From NCBI RefSeq assembly GCF_006345805.1, contig NC_043008.1:13020001-13084000 (forward strand): 64,000 nucleotides of DNA, read 5' to 3'. Under the pieces are notes generated by a model. It saw only the letters and a list, made by a program, of their open reading frames with translations, was not told where the DNA came from and did no database searches. Origin of the DNA: Octopus sinensis (Eukaryota). Shown piece by piece: positions 52,513 to 64,000 of this stretch (positions are counted from its first letter, which is position 1; each line of letters opens with the position of its first letter). The position numbers and the translations under genes were made by a program.

Positions 52513-52728
52513 GTCAGCGAACTGGTAGAATCGTTACCACACGGGATGAAATGCTTAGTGGCATTTCGTCCGTCTTTACGTCCTGGCTCTAAATTCCACC
52601 GAGGTCAACTTGGGCCTGCACGCTTTTGGAGTCGATAAATTAGTAAGAGTAAAGCACTGGGGTCAGTGTAATCGATTTACCCGCTTACCAGAAATTGCTG
52701 GCTTTGTGCCAGACTCTGAAACCAATAT
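52513..52728 (+). mobile_element. SINE family C, diverged
   Basis: GCGAACTGGTAGAATCGTTA..AAATGCTTAGTGGCATTTCGTC..GAGGTCAACTT..GCACTGGGGTC. Confidence 0.75.
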
Positions 52729-53587
52729 TAACTTATAGAATACGTTACAACATTTCGTGTGACATTATCGAGGCAATAGTCAATGAGAGGAAGAATATAG
52801 ACATTGTACCATAGTGGAAATTGATTTCAGTATGTCAAGGAAGCAATATATTCTTATCGTTGTTTTAGTAATTTTAAGAATAAAGGAATGACAGGAAGAA
52901 TGGTGATATACCGTTTCAATAAATATCAATTTGAAAAACAAGTTAAGAAAGACTACATTAGAAACGTTAATTTATTCCAAAAATATTCTTTAAAGAATTC
53001 TGTGCTTTTAAAGAATATTTCCTGGAATAATCATAAATGTTACGAGCCGCAACGGATATCATTGTTTGACAAATATGTCACGTTTAATAGGAACTGAAGA
53101 TAATGGTAATTTTTCAGGAAGACTCATACGTACTTAGACAAACTCTCACGTTCACAGAAACACATGCACACTCACACACACATGTGTATACATGCATACA
53201 CATATACAAACGAACATATACACACACATTTATACACTTACAGAAACCCATACATATACATGTTTATATGAACTGACATTATATACATGGAGATACATGT
53301 GCGTGTGAGTGTGTACGTGCGTGCGAATATACTGTAAATTAAATATGCAAGCTTCTGTTTGGTCTATTGTGTGTTTCTATGATGTCTATCCTTATCTACG
53401 GCTGCATTTGTGAGGGTGTGTGCGTGTGTACGCGTGTCTATGTGTGTTTTGGGTGTATACATACTATATTGTTTGTATCCATGGATTTTATATTGATTTA
53501 TTGTTTCATTTAATAACTTATGTATCACTGTTTCTTATATTTCATCATAAGTATGTGCATGTGTGCCTTTTTTGTATGTATGTCTTT

Positions 53588-53995
53588 TACTCTTTTACCC
53601 TTTTACTCTTTTACATGTTTGAGTCATTTGACTGCGGCCATGCTGGAGCACCACCTTTAATCGAGTAACTCGACCCCGGGACTTATTCTTTTGTAAGCCC
53701 AGTACTTATTCTATCGGTTTCTTTTGCCGAACCGCTAGGTAACGTGGACATAAACACACCAGCATCGGTTTTCAAGCAATGCTAGGGGGACAAACACAGA
53801 CACACAAACACACACACGCATATATATATATACGACGAGCTTCTTTCTGTTTCCGTCTACCAAATCCACTCACAAGGCTTTGGTCAGTCCGAGGCTATAG
53901 TAGAAGACACTCGCCGAAGGTGCCACGCAGTGGGACCGAACCCGGAACCATGTAGTTGGTAAACATGCTACTTACCACAGAGCCACTCCTGCGCC
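53588..53995 (-). mobile_element. SINE family A, full length
   Basis: Near-identical reverse complement of 1-390; ends GCCACTCCTGCGCC. Confidence 0.92.
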
Positions 53996-54987
53996 TATAT
54001 ATATTATACTGTGTCTAAGTCTTTTCTTCTTTTCCTTCTGTACTTAGTCGTCCTGCTGAGGAGTGTTATTGTTCCATTCGAATTTTCTTTTGAGGCTTGG
54101 TCTGTCTATTACTATGTGTGTGGCTTCTGTAATTTATCTAAGTATTGTGTGTATTCCATGCGTTGATAATACATTAACCTATATGTTATTAAACCAATCC
54201 TCTATGTTCTAATTGAGCATGTTGGTAGAGAACGGACGAGCTTTTTCTCCCATTTGAGCTCCCGCCTATCCTACGTGCCCTATACTACGCTTCCCTATAC
54301 TACGTGCCGTCTCTCCAATATAAATTGTTGCCTTGTTTCTGTAGAAACAAGACAACGACTTACATTGCAGAGACGGCACGTAACCAGTCATATTAACATC
54401 ATTTGCTGGTAATACTGTCCTCACAACACATATGGATATCATTCACATATACACAAACTCTATCTCTAAAAGCGAATCATGTTACAAAGAATAACGCAAA
54501 GAGATCAAGATTATAAAGAGCTTTCGTAATTTCTTTAACTGTTTGACTATCTAATTTAATCATACTAAAGAGTAGATCTCAAAACAAATAACAGCTATAG
54601 CGAGTCATAACAAAAAAAATATGGTAATGGATATAATAATAATAATAGACAGACAGCGGTTTACTGAATATACTTTATAGGAATAACAAGCGTGTTAAAG
54701 GTCAAATTATAATAGAAATACATGAGATTGATATCAGCTTATTAAAAGAAATTCAAGTAGCTTTGTTTAAATTATTGTAACGTCGTAGTCTTTATTTTAG
54801 TGAAAATGGTTGTGCAATAAAAAACGTTAGAGGAAATCAATACCATTTCATTGTAGTAAAACATAGTGTAATCATCTTATTTCTCTAACAAGACTGCGTG
54901 ACAGTAAGGGACTTTCAACATGGTTACTAGACACGCTAGAATTGAGAGCAAATTTTCCTTCGTCACATACTGGCCTTTTTAAAAATA

Positions 54988-55380
54988 CTAGCAGTATCGC
55001 CCGGCTTTGCTCGGGTTTGTTTCGACCCTTTAGAATTAGAATTTTGGGAAAGTAAAAGTTTTGCATTATGCAGCTTGTTATTCTCTTTAAGTGAACATTT
55101 TTTTGGTTGAAATACACTGAAAAATAGCGACACAGCAGTTAAAAAATCGTAAAAAATAGGGATTTTCATAGAAAAAAAAGCATCTTTTTTATGTAAATAA
55201 TTTTTGGTGTTAACATGGTCTGATTTGAAAATTTTGTTCTACGGAAGGAAGAGCAAGTCTTCTGCTATCGTACTCTCAATTTTGGTCAACTTGCGCCGCA
55301 CAATCTCGGTGGAGATAGTGTTAGTTGAAGGCTACCAAACATGCCATACACAGACAACTTCAGCTTTATATAGAGAGAGA
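54988..55380 (-). mobile_element. Non-autonomous Helitron, 393 bp
   Basis: Minus strand A|TC...CTAG|T with subterminal hairpin CCCGAGCAAAGCCGGG (55000-55015); no TSD. Confidence 0.8.
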
Positions 55381-55912
55381 TTGGTAGGATACATTGGAAA
55401 CACCATGTCCTAGATATAAAAAATCAACGGAATGATTTCGGCTGGAACATTTTCAAGCCATGTCTGTTCGAGCAGGACTGATCTGCATTTGAAAAACCAT
55501 TACAGCATATTTCTACATTATTATATGTTCCGTGTTCTCAATTTTTCCCTACAATAAAAAATCAAATACAAGTCACATAGGGGAAAGTATAATGTCAGGA
55601 GTGCTTGAGTCATTTTGCCGTAGCCATCTTGGATGGAAAATAAAATATCAGAAGTGTTTGAGTCGCTGATCTGATGCTGACGTATTTGATAAACACGTTT
55701 TAATGTTGCCCCCGCGTTACTTAACCTCTTCCGCCTTCCTCTCCCTTTGTTTCTTTGTCTCCCATAAACTATATCTGTTTATGTGTGTAAAGAAAGGGGA
55801 AGCGTTTTATATCAATCATATTGTATGAAAAGATTTTAATTTCTCTATCTTTCTCACTCACTCTGCCCCTCTATCTGTCTACCCATCTATCTATCTATCT
55901 ATCTATCTATCT

Positions 55913-56542
55913 CGAAAGAATGCCTTGTGGCTATGGCGAAAGAATGTATCTGGTGGACGCGTCTGAAAGGATTGGAGACAAACACTTTCCTCTCTGGTCA
56001 ATCTCTCATCAACTTCTTCGACCACTTGAAAAGGAAAGTGAGAGTAGAGAGGCAAGTTTTGTCTAGCGAATGTTTTAAAAAAAGATGGGTGAATGTAGCA
56101 AGAATGGCACGTATGAATGACGAAGCCACCTTGAGCATAGTCCTATGAACCCAGAAATCGAAAACAGAGAGTTGCTTATTGCAAAAAAAAAAAAAAGAAA
56201 AAAAAAAAAAAGAAATATAAAATGTGACTTCATTGACCGAGGTTACCGTGGTCTTTTCCGTAGGCTTTTCTTTCCACGGGTAAACCTCACCTGTCCTCCC
56301 CTTTACACTTCATATTGACATTTCTGTGATAACGATCCCTATTGATCAATTTTTTTCACTCCCCCCTTTTTTTTTTTTTTTTTTTTAACCCCCTTTTTTG
56401 TCCTCTTTCTCTCCTTTTACGATCCCTTTTGATCGAAACTCCCCCTCCCTTTTTTTTTTTTTTTTTTAAAACCTTCAAAAGAAAAGCTCTACCTTGTAAT
56501 TTGTTCTATCTGTGTGCAGCCTGTGTGGCTAATAAAGAAACA
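55913..56542 (+). mobile_element. 5'-truncated L1/Tx1-type LINE in a (TATC)n array
   Basis: VAMAKECIWWTRLKGLETNTF..RWVNVARMARMNDEATLSIVL* (stop 56146-56148), 3' UTR ending AATAAAGAAACA; (TATC)n at ~55884-55912 and ~56543-56586. Confidence 0.88.
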
Positions 56543-56579
<37 letters not shown>

Positions 56580-56662
56580 CTATCTATTTATACACACACA
56601 CATATATATATACCTATATATATGTATTTATAAATATATATAAATACAATATATATATATAC

Positions 56663-56725
<63 letters not shown>

Positions 56726-56898
56726 ATATAGATATATATATATAATTGGCCTGCTCCTTTAGCCGCGGGGTTGCGTCATTTGAAGCGGCTAAAACAATGC
56801 AAATGTATTGTGACCAGCGATGTTTAACAACATCTGATGGTCTGGTCGGTCACGTGATATATATACATAGAGAGATAGATAGTAGAGATAGATAGATA

Positions 56899-58003
56899 TG
56901 TTCTTTATTAGCCACACAGGGCTGCACACAGATAGAACAAACAAGGTAGAGCTTTTCTTTTGAAGGTTTAAAAAAAAAAAAAAGAAAAAAAAAAGAAAAA
57001 AAAAAAAAGGAAGGGGGGGGGAGTTTCGATCAAAAGGGATCGTAAAGGAGAGAAAGAGGACAAAAAAAAGGGGGGTTAAAAAAAAAAAAAAAGGGAGAGA
57101 GGAAAAAAAAAATTGATCAATAGGGATCGTTATCACAGAAATGTCAATATGAAGTGTAAAGGGGAGGACAGGTGAGGTTTAACCCGTGAAAGAAAGAAAA
57201 GCCTACGGAAAGACCACGGTACCTCGGTCAATGAAGTCACATTTTATATTTCTTTTTTTTTTTTTTTTGCAAATAAGCAACTCTCTGTTTTCGATTTCTG
57301 GGTTCATAGGACTATGCTCAAGTGGCTTCGTCATTCATACGTGCCATTTTGCTACATTCACCCATCTTTTTTAAAAACATTCGCTAGACAAAACTTGCCT
57401 CTCTACTCTCACTTTCCTTTTCAAGTGGTACTTGAAGAAGTTGATGAGAGATTGACCAGAGAGGAAAGTGTTTGTCTCCAATCCTTTCAGACGCGTCCAC
57501 CAGATACATTCTTTCGCCATAGCCACAAGGATGATGAAAATAGCTCTTCCTTCCCGTTTGAAGGAAGGAGGCGTGACAATATTGACGATAGACTCAGCTG
57601 ATAAACGACTCGTCCACACGTGACAGCAGTTGTTCGACATAAGCCCACAGGTCGGAAATTGTTGGACACTGAACGAGTGCGTGCAGAACGGTTTCGTCGC
57701 TCTGACCGCATCTCGGGCAGGTCGGCCCCGTGTTTCTCGAGCCGTGTCTGTAGAGCTTATCCGAACGGGTAGCGCTTCTCGGTGCACTGCCAGGCCAGGG
57801 ATCTCTGGAAGTTGTCCATGGGCCCTGGCCCGAAAGTCGTCCCGAACAGGCGGGTCAGGTACTCCTCGTCGACGTCCAGGTTCGCCCGAGCTCGTCGTCG
57901 TACCTCCCCTCCACTAAACCCTATAGAATGCTTTGGTTGTGTTGAAGTCAACTTAAGGTCGACCCAGGACGGCAGAGTGCTTGAGAGCAACGCGACACTC
58001 GCG
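56899..58003 (-). mobile_element. 5'-truncated L1/Tx1-type LINE (1.1 kb) in a (TATC)n array
   Basis: Across frameshifts: LAWQC..REALPVR(D)KLYRHG..TCPRCGQSDETVLHALVQCP (ORF2 C-terminal CCHC), then the same C-terminus and 3' UTR as 55913-56542; (GATA)n on plus at ~56873-56898 and ~58004-58091. Confidence 0.9.
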
Positions 58004-58070
<67 letters not shown>

Positions 58071-58481
58071 GATAGATAGATAGATAGATAGCTAGCTATA
58101 AGTACCTGTCTCACTCTTTCTATCTTTATGCTGGTATAGCTGCATGTGCGGTCGCGAGTGTTTGCGTATATACGTATATTTGTGTAAATATGAAACTGTA
58201 TCATACATTTTACACCCAGAAAGCCTAACAAATGAAGTTAGCGCTCAAGTCTTCAACGTCTTTACACTGATAATCTCTCGCTTCAGATCCAAACGTATGA
58301 AGTGCGTGAAGACATTTAAATTCGCATCGCATTGTTATAAATTTATTATTACGGATGTAAGCTTCGAACCATCATTTGTATATTTGTTTCTGTTGGATCC
58401 TTTGTAGAAGATGCCACGAATAGAAGCCATCACAAGCAATAACGATAAGTCGTCTTCCAGAAATATTTTTTCTGAACATAC

Positions 58482-58945
58482 AGCTGTAGCTGTGCGGTGA
58501 GTAGATTGCTTCCTAACCACATGGTTCCGAGCTCAACCTCACAGCCTGGCACCTTTGGCAAGTGTCTTGTACTCTAGCCGCGGAGCACTCTGAATGGAAT
58601 TGGTAGACGGAAACTGAACGTATGTATATATTTATATGTGTGTCTGTGTGTCTGCGTTTGCCCCGCACTACCGCGTCACAACGGGTGCGACGGAAACTGA
58701 AGGTATGTATATATCTATGTGTGTGTCTGTGTGTCTGCGTTTGTCCCCCACTACCGCATCACTGCGGGTTCTGTTGCTTTTATGACCCCCGTAACTTACT
58801 AGTTCAGTAAATGGGACTGATAAAATAAGTACTAGGTTTTAAAAAATATGCCCTGGGGGTCGACTTGTTCGACTAAAATTCCTCGAGGAGTTGCTCCAGT
58901 ATGGCCGCAGTCAGATGACTGAAACAAGTAAAAGAATAAAAGAAT
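58482..58945 (+). mobile_element. SINE family A with internal ~80-bp duplication
   Basis: GACGGAAACTGAA.GTATG..CACTACCGC.TCAC occurs twice; AAGTAAAAGAATAAAAGAA tail. Confidence 0.82.
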
Positions 58946-58984
58946 ACATCCCTATAACATTGGACGCGATTGTCCTAGAAGATA

Positions 58985-59160
58985 GAGCGTTGCACTCTCT
59001 ATCACAAGGTCGGGGTTTCGATTCCCAGACGGAGGGCCAAGTTGTGTTTTTGAGCAAAACTATTCAGACCAACTCGCTCTATTTTAGCTGTATCTGACAA
59101 CCACTGCAATGGACTGGCATCTCGTGCAGGGCACAGTTTGTGACCTCGATCACTCAAACA
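58985..59160 (+). mobile_element. SINE family D fragment, degenerate
   Basis: GGTTTCGATTCCCAGAC..GTGTTTTTGAGCAAAAC..GCAATGGACTGGCATCTCGT. Confidence 0.55.
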
Positions 59161-59429
59161 CCATTGAATCTGAGTAACTAGCGCTATGAGATGTAGAACA
59201 CGAGACACTGATGTACAATATTTCTGTAAGTATGGATGTTTTTAGTATTGATATTAACCACATCATTCAAAGTAGAAATGGATTGATCTCCATTAAAATT
59301 ACTCTCGGGGTTCTTGTAAAAGAAAAGACTCAGAAACGATCTAGCCTTTAGCCATGTGAAAAGAAAACGACGGAATGGTTATTTACTGAGGTAATTTTGA
59401 TTTTAGGTCTAATCAATCCATAGATTGAC

Positions 59430-59812
59430 GGTGGTGGTGATTATTGTAGTTATGATGGTGGTGTTGGTGGTGGTGTTGGTGGTGTTGGTGATATTGTTGT
59501 TGGTTGTGGTGGTCATGGTGGTGGTGGTGGTGGTGATGGTGGTGGTGTTGTTGATGGTGGTGTTGGTGGTGGTGTTGGTGGTGGTGTTGGTGGTGGTGTT
59601 GGTGGTGGTGTTGGTGGTGGTGGTGGTGGTGGTGGTGGTGGTGGTGGTGGTGGTGGTGGTGGTGGTGGTGTTGTTGTTGTTGATGGTGGTTGTAGTTGTT
59701 GTGGTGGTGGGTGTGGTACTGGTGTTGGTGCTTGTGATGGTGGTGGTCGTGGCGATGGTGGTGGTGTTGTTGTTGTTGTTGTTGTTGGTGGTGGTGGTTT
59801 TGGTAGTAAATG
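59430..59812. repeat. (GGT)n/(GTT)n microsatellite
   Basis: Direct reading; explains the poly-His and poly-Val ORFs. Confidence 0.95.
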
Positions 59813-60415
59813 TGACGGTGCAAATGGTATCTCAGGATTCCGAATATATATCCAGAATCTGACTTTTATATTGCGACACCGTATGCAAACACACTACTCC
59901 AAAGGACAGGAAATATCAAACAGTATATAACCGTCCTAGTTTAGATGCAATATTAATCTGCCTATGTCAGACCACTCGTGATTAGCAACAAAACACACTG
60001 AGTGTTACTTCAGAGATTGTTACTACAGAAAACTGACGGCTACTGACAAAACCAGAAGCCGAGATTAATCATTCTGTATCTCATCTCCGTATAATGAAAA
60101 TAGAGCTCTCCTTAATTAAAAGCCTCCTTGTAAGTATACTATCATTCTATCTTCTTTAATTATCTTATTTGGTGTTAAAGCAACTTTCTTTAATTAGACT
60201 TCAGATCAAAAGTATCTCAGTAAATGATCATTCAATCGTCTTCTTCTCACATGCCTCAGGCAAAGTCATTTTCTGGGGGTTTTCTTTCAAAAGAGGTTAT
60301 AGAGTAATTTTAGGGAGACCAACCCCAGGTCTGTTTCTGAACGGCAGCATATAAGCAATCGAGGCGGGTTTCATGTCCTTTTCATTGGTGTGTATTATAA
60401 AATTAAACTACTACT

Positions 60416-60893
60416 AGACGTAGGAGTGGCGGTGTGGTAAGTAACTTGTTTACCAACTACATGGTTCCAGGTTCAGTCCTACTGCGTGGCTATTGAGCAA
60501 GTGTCTTCTACTATAGCCTCGGGCTGGCCAAAGCCTTGTGATTATGAGCAGATTTGGTAGACGGAAATTCAAAGAAGTGCCTCGTATATATGTATGTAGA
60601 TATATGTATGTATATGTATGTATGTATGTGTGTGTGTGTGTGTGTTCATGCGTGTGTGTACGCGCGTGTGTGTGTGTGTGTGTACGTGTGTGTATATGTT
60701 TGTCCCCCCAACATCGCTTGACCACCGATGATGCTGTATTTACGCCCCCGTACCTTAGTGGTTCGGCAAAAGAGACTGATAAAATAATTACTAGGCTTAC
60801 AAAGTATAAGCCCTGGGGTCGATTTGCTCGACTAAAGGCGGTGCTGCAGCATGACCACAGTCAAATGACTTAAAGAAGGAAAAGAATAAGAGT
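60416..60893 (+). mobile_element. SINE family A, full length, diverged
   Basis: GACGTAGGAGTGGCGGTGTGGTAAG head to CAGTCAAATGACT tail. Confidence 0.88.
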
Positions 60894-62494
60894 TCTTGGA
60901 ATATATGTATAGACAATTGAACTTCTCAGACAATTGAACTTCTCTTCGATCAAGTAATGCAGAGATAACGTAGACCACGATGCAGTTTAATATGCATTTG
61001 TGGTTGATAAAGTTTGAGATTGATATCTTAAAGACAGACCACCATAATAAACCAAATCTAGTCTTGGTACAAGACACTAAACCCAATTCTATAAATACCA
61101 GTGACAACCATTACTTCTTAATTAGACAGTTTGAAGCGTCGGTTGATTAATTACCAGCGTGGTAGAGACTAACATTCACCATTGATAAATATAACAACAC
61201 AAATAGGTATGGCTTATAATTTATAGCCTAACATCTTCTCAGCATTTCTCTTCTTCGACGCAAAGAATCATATTGATATAACCCGGAGAATGTAATTAAA
61301 AGTAATCGATTAACATAATTAAGTGAAGTAATACATAACCATACTAAGATAGCTTCTAACTACTATATTAACTACGTGCTAACGCCATGTTTCGTAGACG
61401 TCAATTTGGCAACAAAGGAGGTTGAAAATCTCGTCAGATACAGGTAATTGGAAAATCAGTGACTTTTGTGTCGTGCGTGAAGTGTTAATTTAATTTTCAA
61501 TTATCTATTCCAACTAACAGAGAGACGAGATCCGCGAAAGAGACAAAGCTCACCACTCTAAACAGCAGAATCATAGTACAATATGTAAAGGAATGTAATA
61601 CTGACTATATGGACAAAACCGGAAATATACTGGTGTTGTTTACAGTGTTAGTAAATTGATTATGGTATAGAATATATTTATTATGGTATAGATTATGGAA
61701 TAGAATATTTTGGATAACCTCCAGTACATTGTTATAATTTTTCGAAAGTTTGAATGAGATATATATTCATATCTTATGTCGCAAATACATTGAGTAAATT
61801 TTGAATTATTTGCGTGATGTAGATGTTTAATATTGTATTAGATAGTTGAGTTTAATAATACATACCCAAGAGATAGATTGCAGCGGTAAAGCGAGCGAAA
61901 TTATACAGTCTCTTGACGTATGTTAGACTTAAACAAGATAATTAACTTTGTTTGCACAATGCAGTCAAATATGTTTACAAACTTTACCTATTACAGAATA
62001 AGAAATCTGGTATTTGTCGAAAGGACATCGCTCAGTCGATAGCTAACAGAATTACATGCTTACAATTTCAAATAGCAGACAATTATCTAAGAAGAGAACA
62101 TAGCATTATATTATACTTCGCTATATATATCTACAGATCGGCTTAAACAAATTATTTGTTTTCGTTTTCAAGGGTAAATATTTGAATTAATTTTAATAAA
62201 TGAACATTATCTACGCTGCAATCCGAATTAAATTACATATCTTCGAACAAATAAATGGTTGAGAGTTTTTCATTGCTGACTCACTCGAGATATCGGAGAA
62301 CATTACGCTGTCAGTTCTTCATTTCCATGCGAGGAGCTTAAACGATCTAAATTACTGCAAAAAATCTATTTGCATCAAACGCAAACAAAAGCTATTTATT
62401 TCATCATCAGTTTCACCATTAGCAGATGTAATTATATATTCATTACTTCGCAACAACTGAACTGAATGCTTGAGATTTTAAATACGATGATCTA

Positions 62495-62514
62495 CATACA
62501 TACATATGCATACT

Positions 62515-62605
<91 letters not shown>

Positions 62606-62930
62606 GTATATACATGTATGTGTATATATATATCTATATAAATGTGTATATGTGTCCACACACACACACACACATATATATATTCCCCTCGCACATATAT
62701 AATATATATACGTATGTGTGTGTACGTATATAATACATATAATTGTTATATATATATATATGTACGTTACATATACATATATATATAAATGCATAGGCGC
62801 ATATACACGCATATATATATATACACGCATATATATATACGCGCATAGTTACATAGGAACTCTCTCTCTCTCTCCCTCTCACTCTCTCTCTCACACACAC
62901 TCACAGACACATACACACATGGACTCATAT
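62495..62930. repeat. (TA)n/(CA)n/(TC)n microsatellite cluster
   Basis: Direct reading. Confidence 0.93.
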
Positions 62931-63021
62931 ATTTACAAGAAATTATTTCTTGCTAATTCATCAAGATATATATGAACGTTAACGCATTTCATTTCCTGTT
63001 GTTCCACCAAACATAGCTGAG

Positions 63022-63086
63022 TTCATGGACCCCAGTGCGCAGCTGGTACTTATTTTATCGAGTCCAAAAGCATGAAGGGCAAATTA
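63022..63086 (-). mobile_element. SINE family C fragment
   Basis: Reverse complement TTTGCCCTTCATGCTTTTGGACTCGATAAAATAAGTACCAGCTGCGCACTGGGG. Confidence 0.6.
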
Positions 63087-64000
63087 TCGAGGGACGCTGT
63101 TGCCGCTCGCCCCTTTTGATATGATTGCTAATTGTCACTTCTAGTTTCCTAACTGTCCCCTGTAATATGTCAGATTCCGTGTTACTCGCTCACCAATCTG
63201 GTTCTCTGTCGTCATACTCTATCGGCAAAGACTTCCACTAGCGAGGCACTGTCTACTAGCTCTATCTAAGACGACTGCGCAGGTCACAAATTTGTTCTTT
63301 ATTTTCGTTGTCCTTAGATTTTTTCGATGAATATACTGGTTTATGCCATTTTGGGTTGTTTGGGGCATTTCATATTCAGTTGCATTTTTCATAGTACCTT
63401 TATGGCCTTTCCCCGTCCTTGTTTTTGCGCCTTATTAGGGCCCGTATGCCACTCCCTGTCTTCCTCCGTTTTTCTCCGCTATTTGAGGCTGCTTCAACGG
63501 GGGAAGTTCGAGACCTTTGTTTTTTACCAGTGCGTGTACTTTTCTGCAGTTCCTGATACAGATGATGGAGCTGTTGATGTCGAGACAATGATGTAGGGCA
63601 TTAAAGGTGTTTAGCTACTTTTATACAAAAAAAACAACAGCAATAGGGGTTCTGTGCTCCTGCACAAGTAACACCTGGCACGCTTACCTTCTATTATAAC
63701 ACCTACGATAGACTAGCGATTGCACGGGCACGAAAGCTATGTTGTTATTCTCATTCCGACACTCACTGCATCAGCCACCTCACCTCGCAGGGCTCATTTC
63801 ACTGATGAGCAACCGATATCCCTATTTTACGAAGAAAATCGGTAGTATGGGATAGAACAACTAACGTAACGATGGCCACCAGTACAAATTGATAGCCGCT
63901 GGCGGGGCCCTGTATTGAATCGACCTTTCCTTTCTCTGCGGTGTTGACATATGTTTTAAGCAGCACCAACGTCGAGTGTTTGAAAACACATCTTATGAAT

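Noticed and set aside
61398-61443. 46-nt exon candidate DVNLATKEVENLVRY
   Set aside because: Short pyrimidine tract and no linkable partner exon.
63100-63600. Minus-strand basic ORF possibly from a LINE N-terminus
   Set aside because: No diagnostic motif; cannot be assigned.
63750-63850. HDV-like or hammerhead ribozyme around CCTCACCTCGCAGG and CTGATGAG
   Set aside because: No P1 partner upstream and no P1.1 GG; no correctly placed GAAA. Only a simple hairpin is supported.

Overview
AT-rich eukaryotic (animal) DNA dominated by microsatellites and transposable elements. The SINE families and repeat style resemble octopus/cephalopod genomes (recollection, not verified). There is no intact protein-coding gene, rRNA, true tRNA or CRISPR array, and most listed ORFs are read-throughs of (TA)n, (TAA)n, (CAT)n, (GGT)n or (GATA)n arrays. 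Supported content: at least four tRNA-derived SINE families; a 2.25-kb ORF1-only LINE-like element with a perfect 15-bp TSD inserted in a SINE head; L1/Tx1-type LINE 3' ends, two of them embedded in (TATC)n arrays in the same register and forming an inverted pair; R4/Dong-type RLE retrotransposon remnants in (TAA)n arrays; Penelope-like remnants with hammerhead ribozyme motifs, including a 419-bp foldback with one hammerhead per strand; two Tc1/mariner remnants; and a non-autonomous Helitron. A few isolated candidate exons are low confidence. All alignments and folds were done by eye, and coordinates of degenerate elements are approximate.
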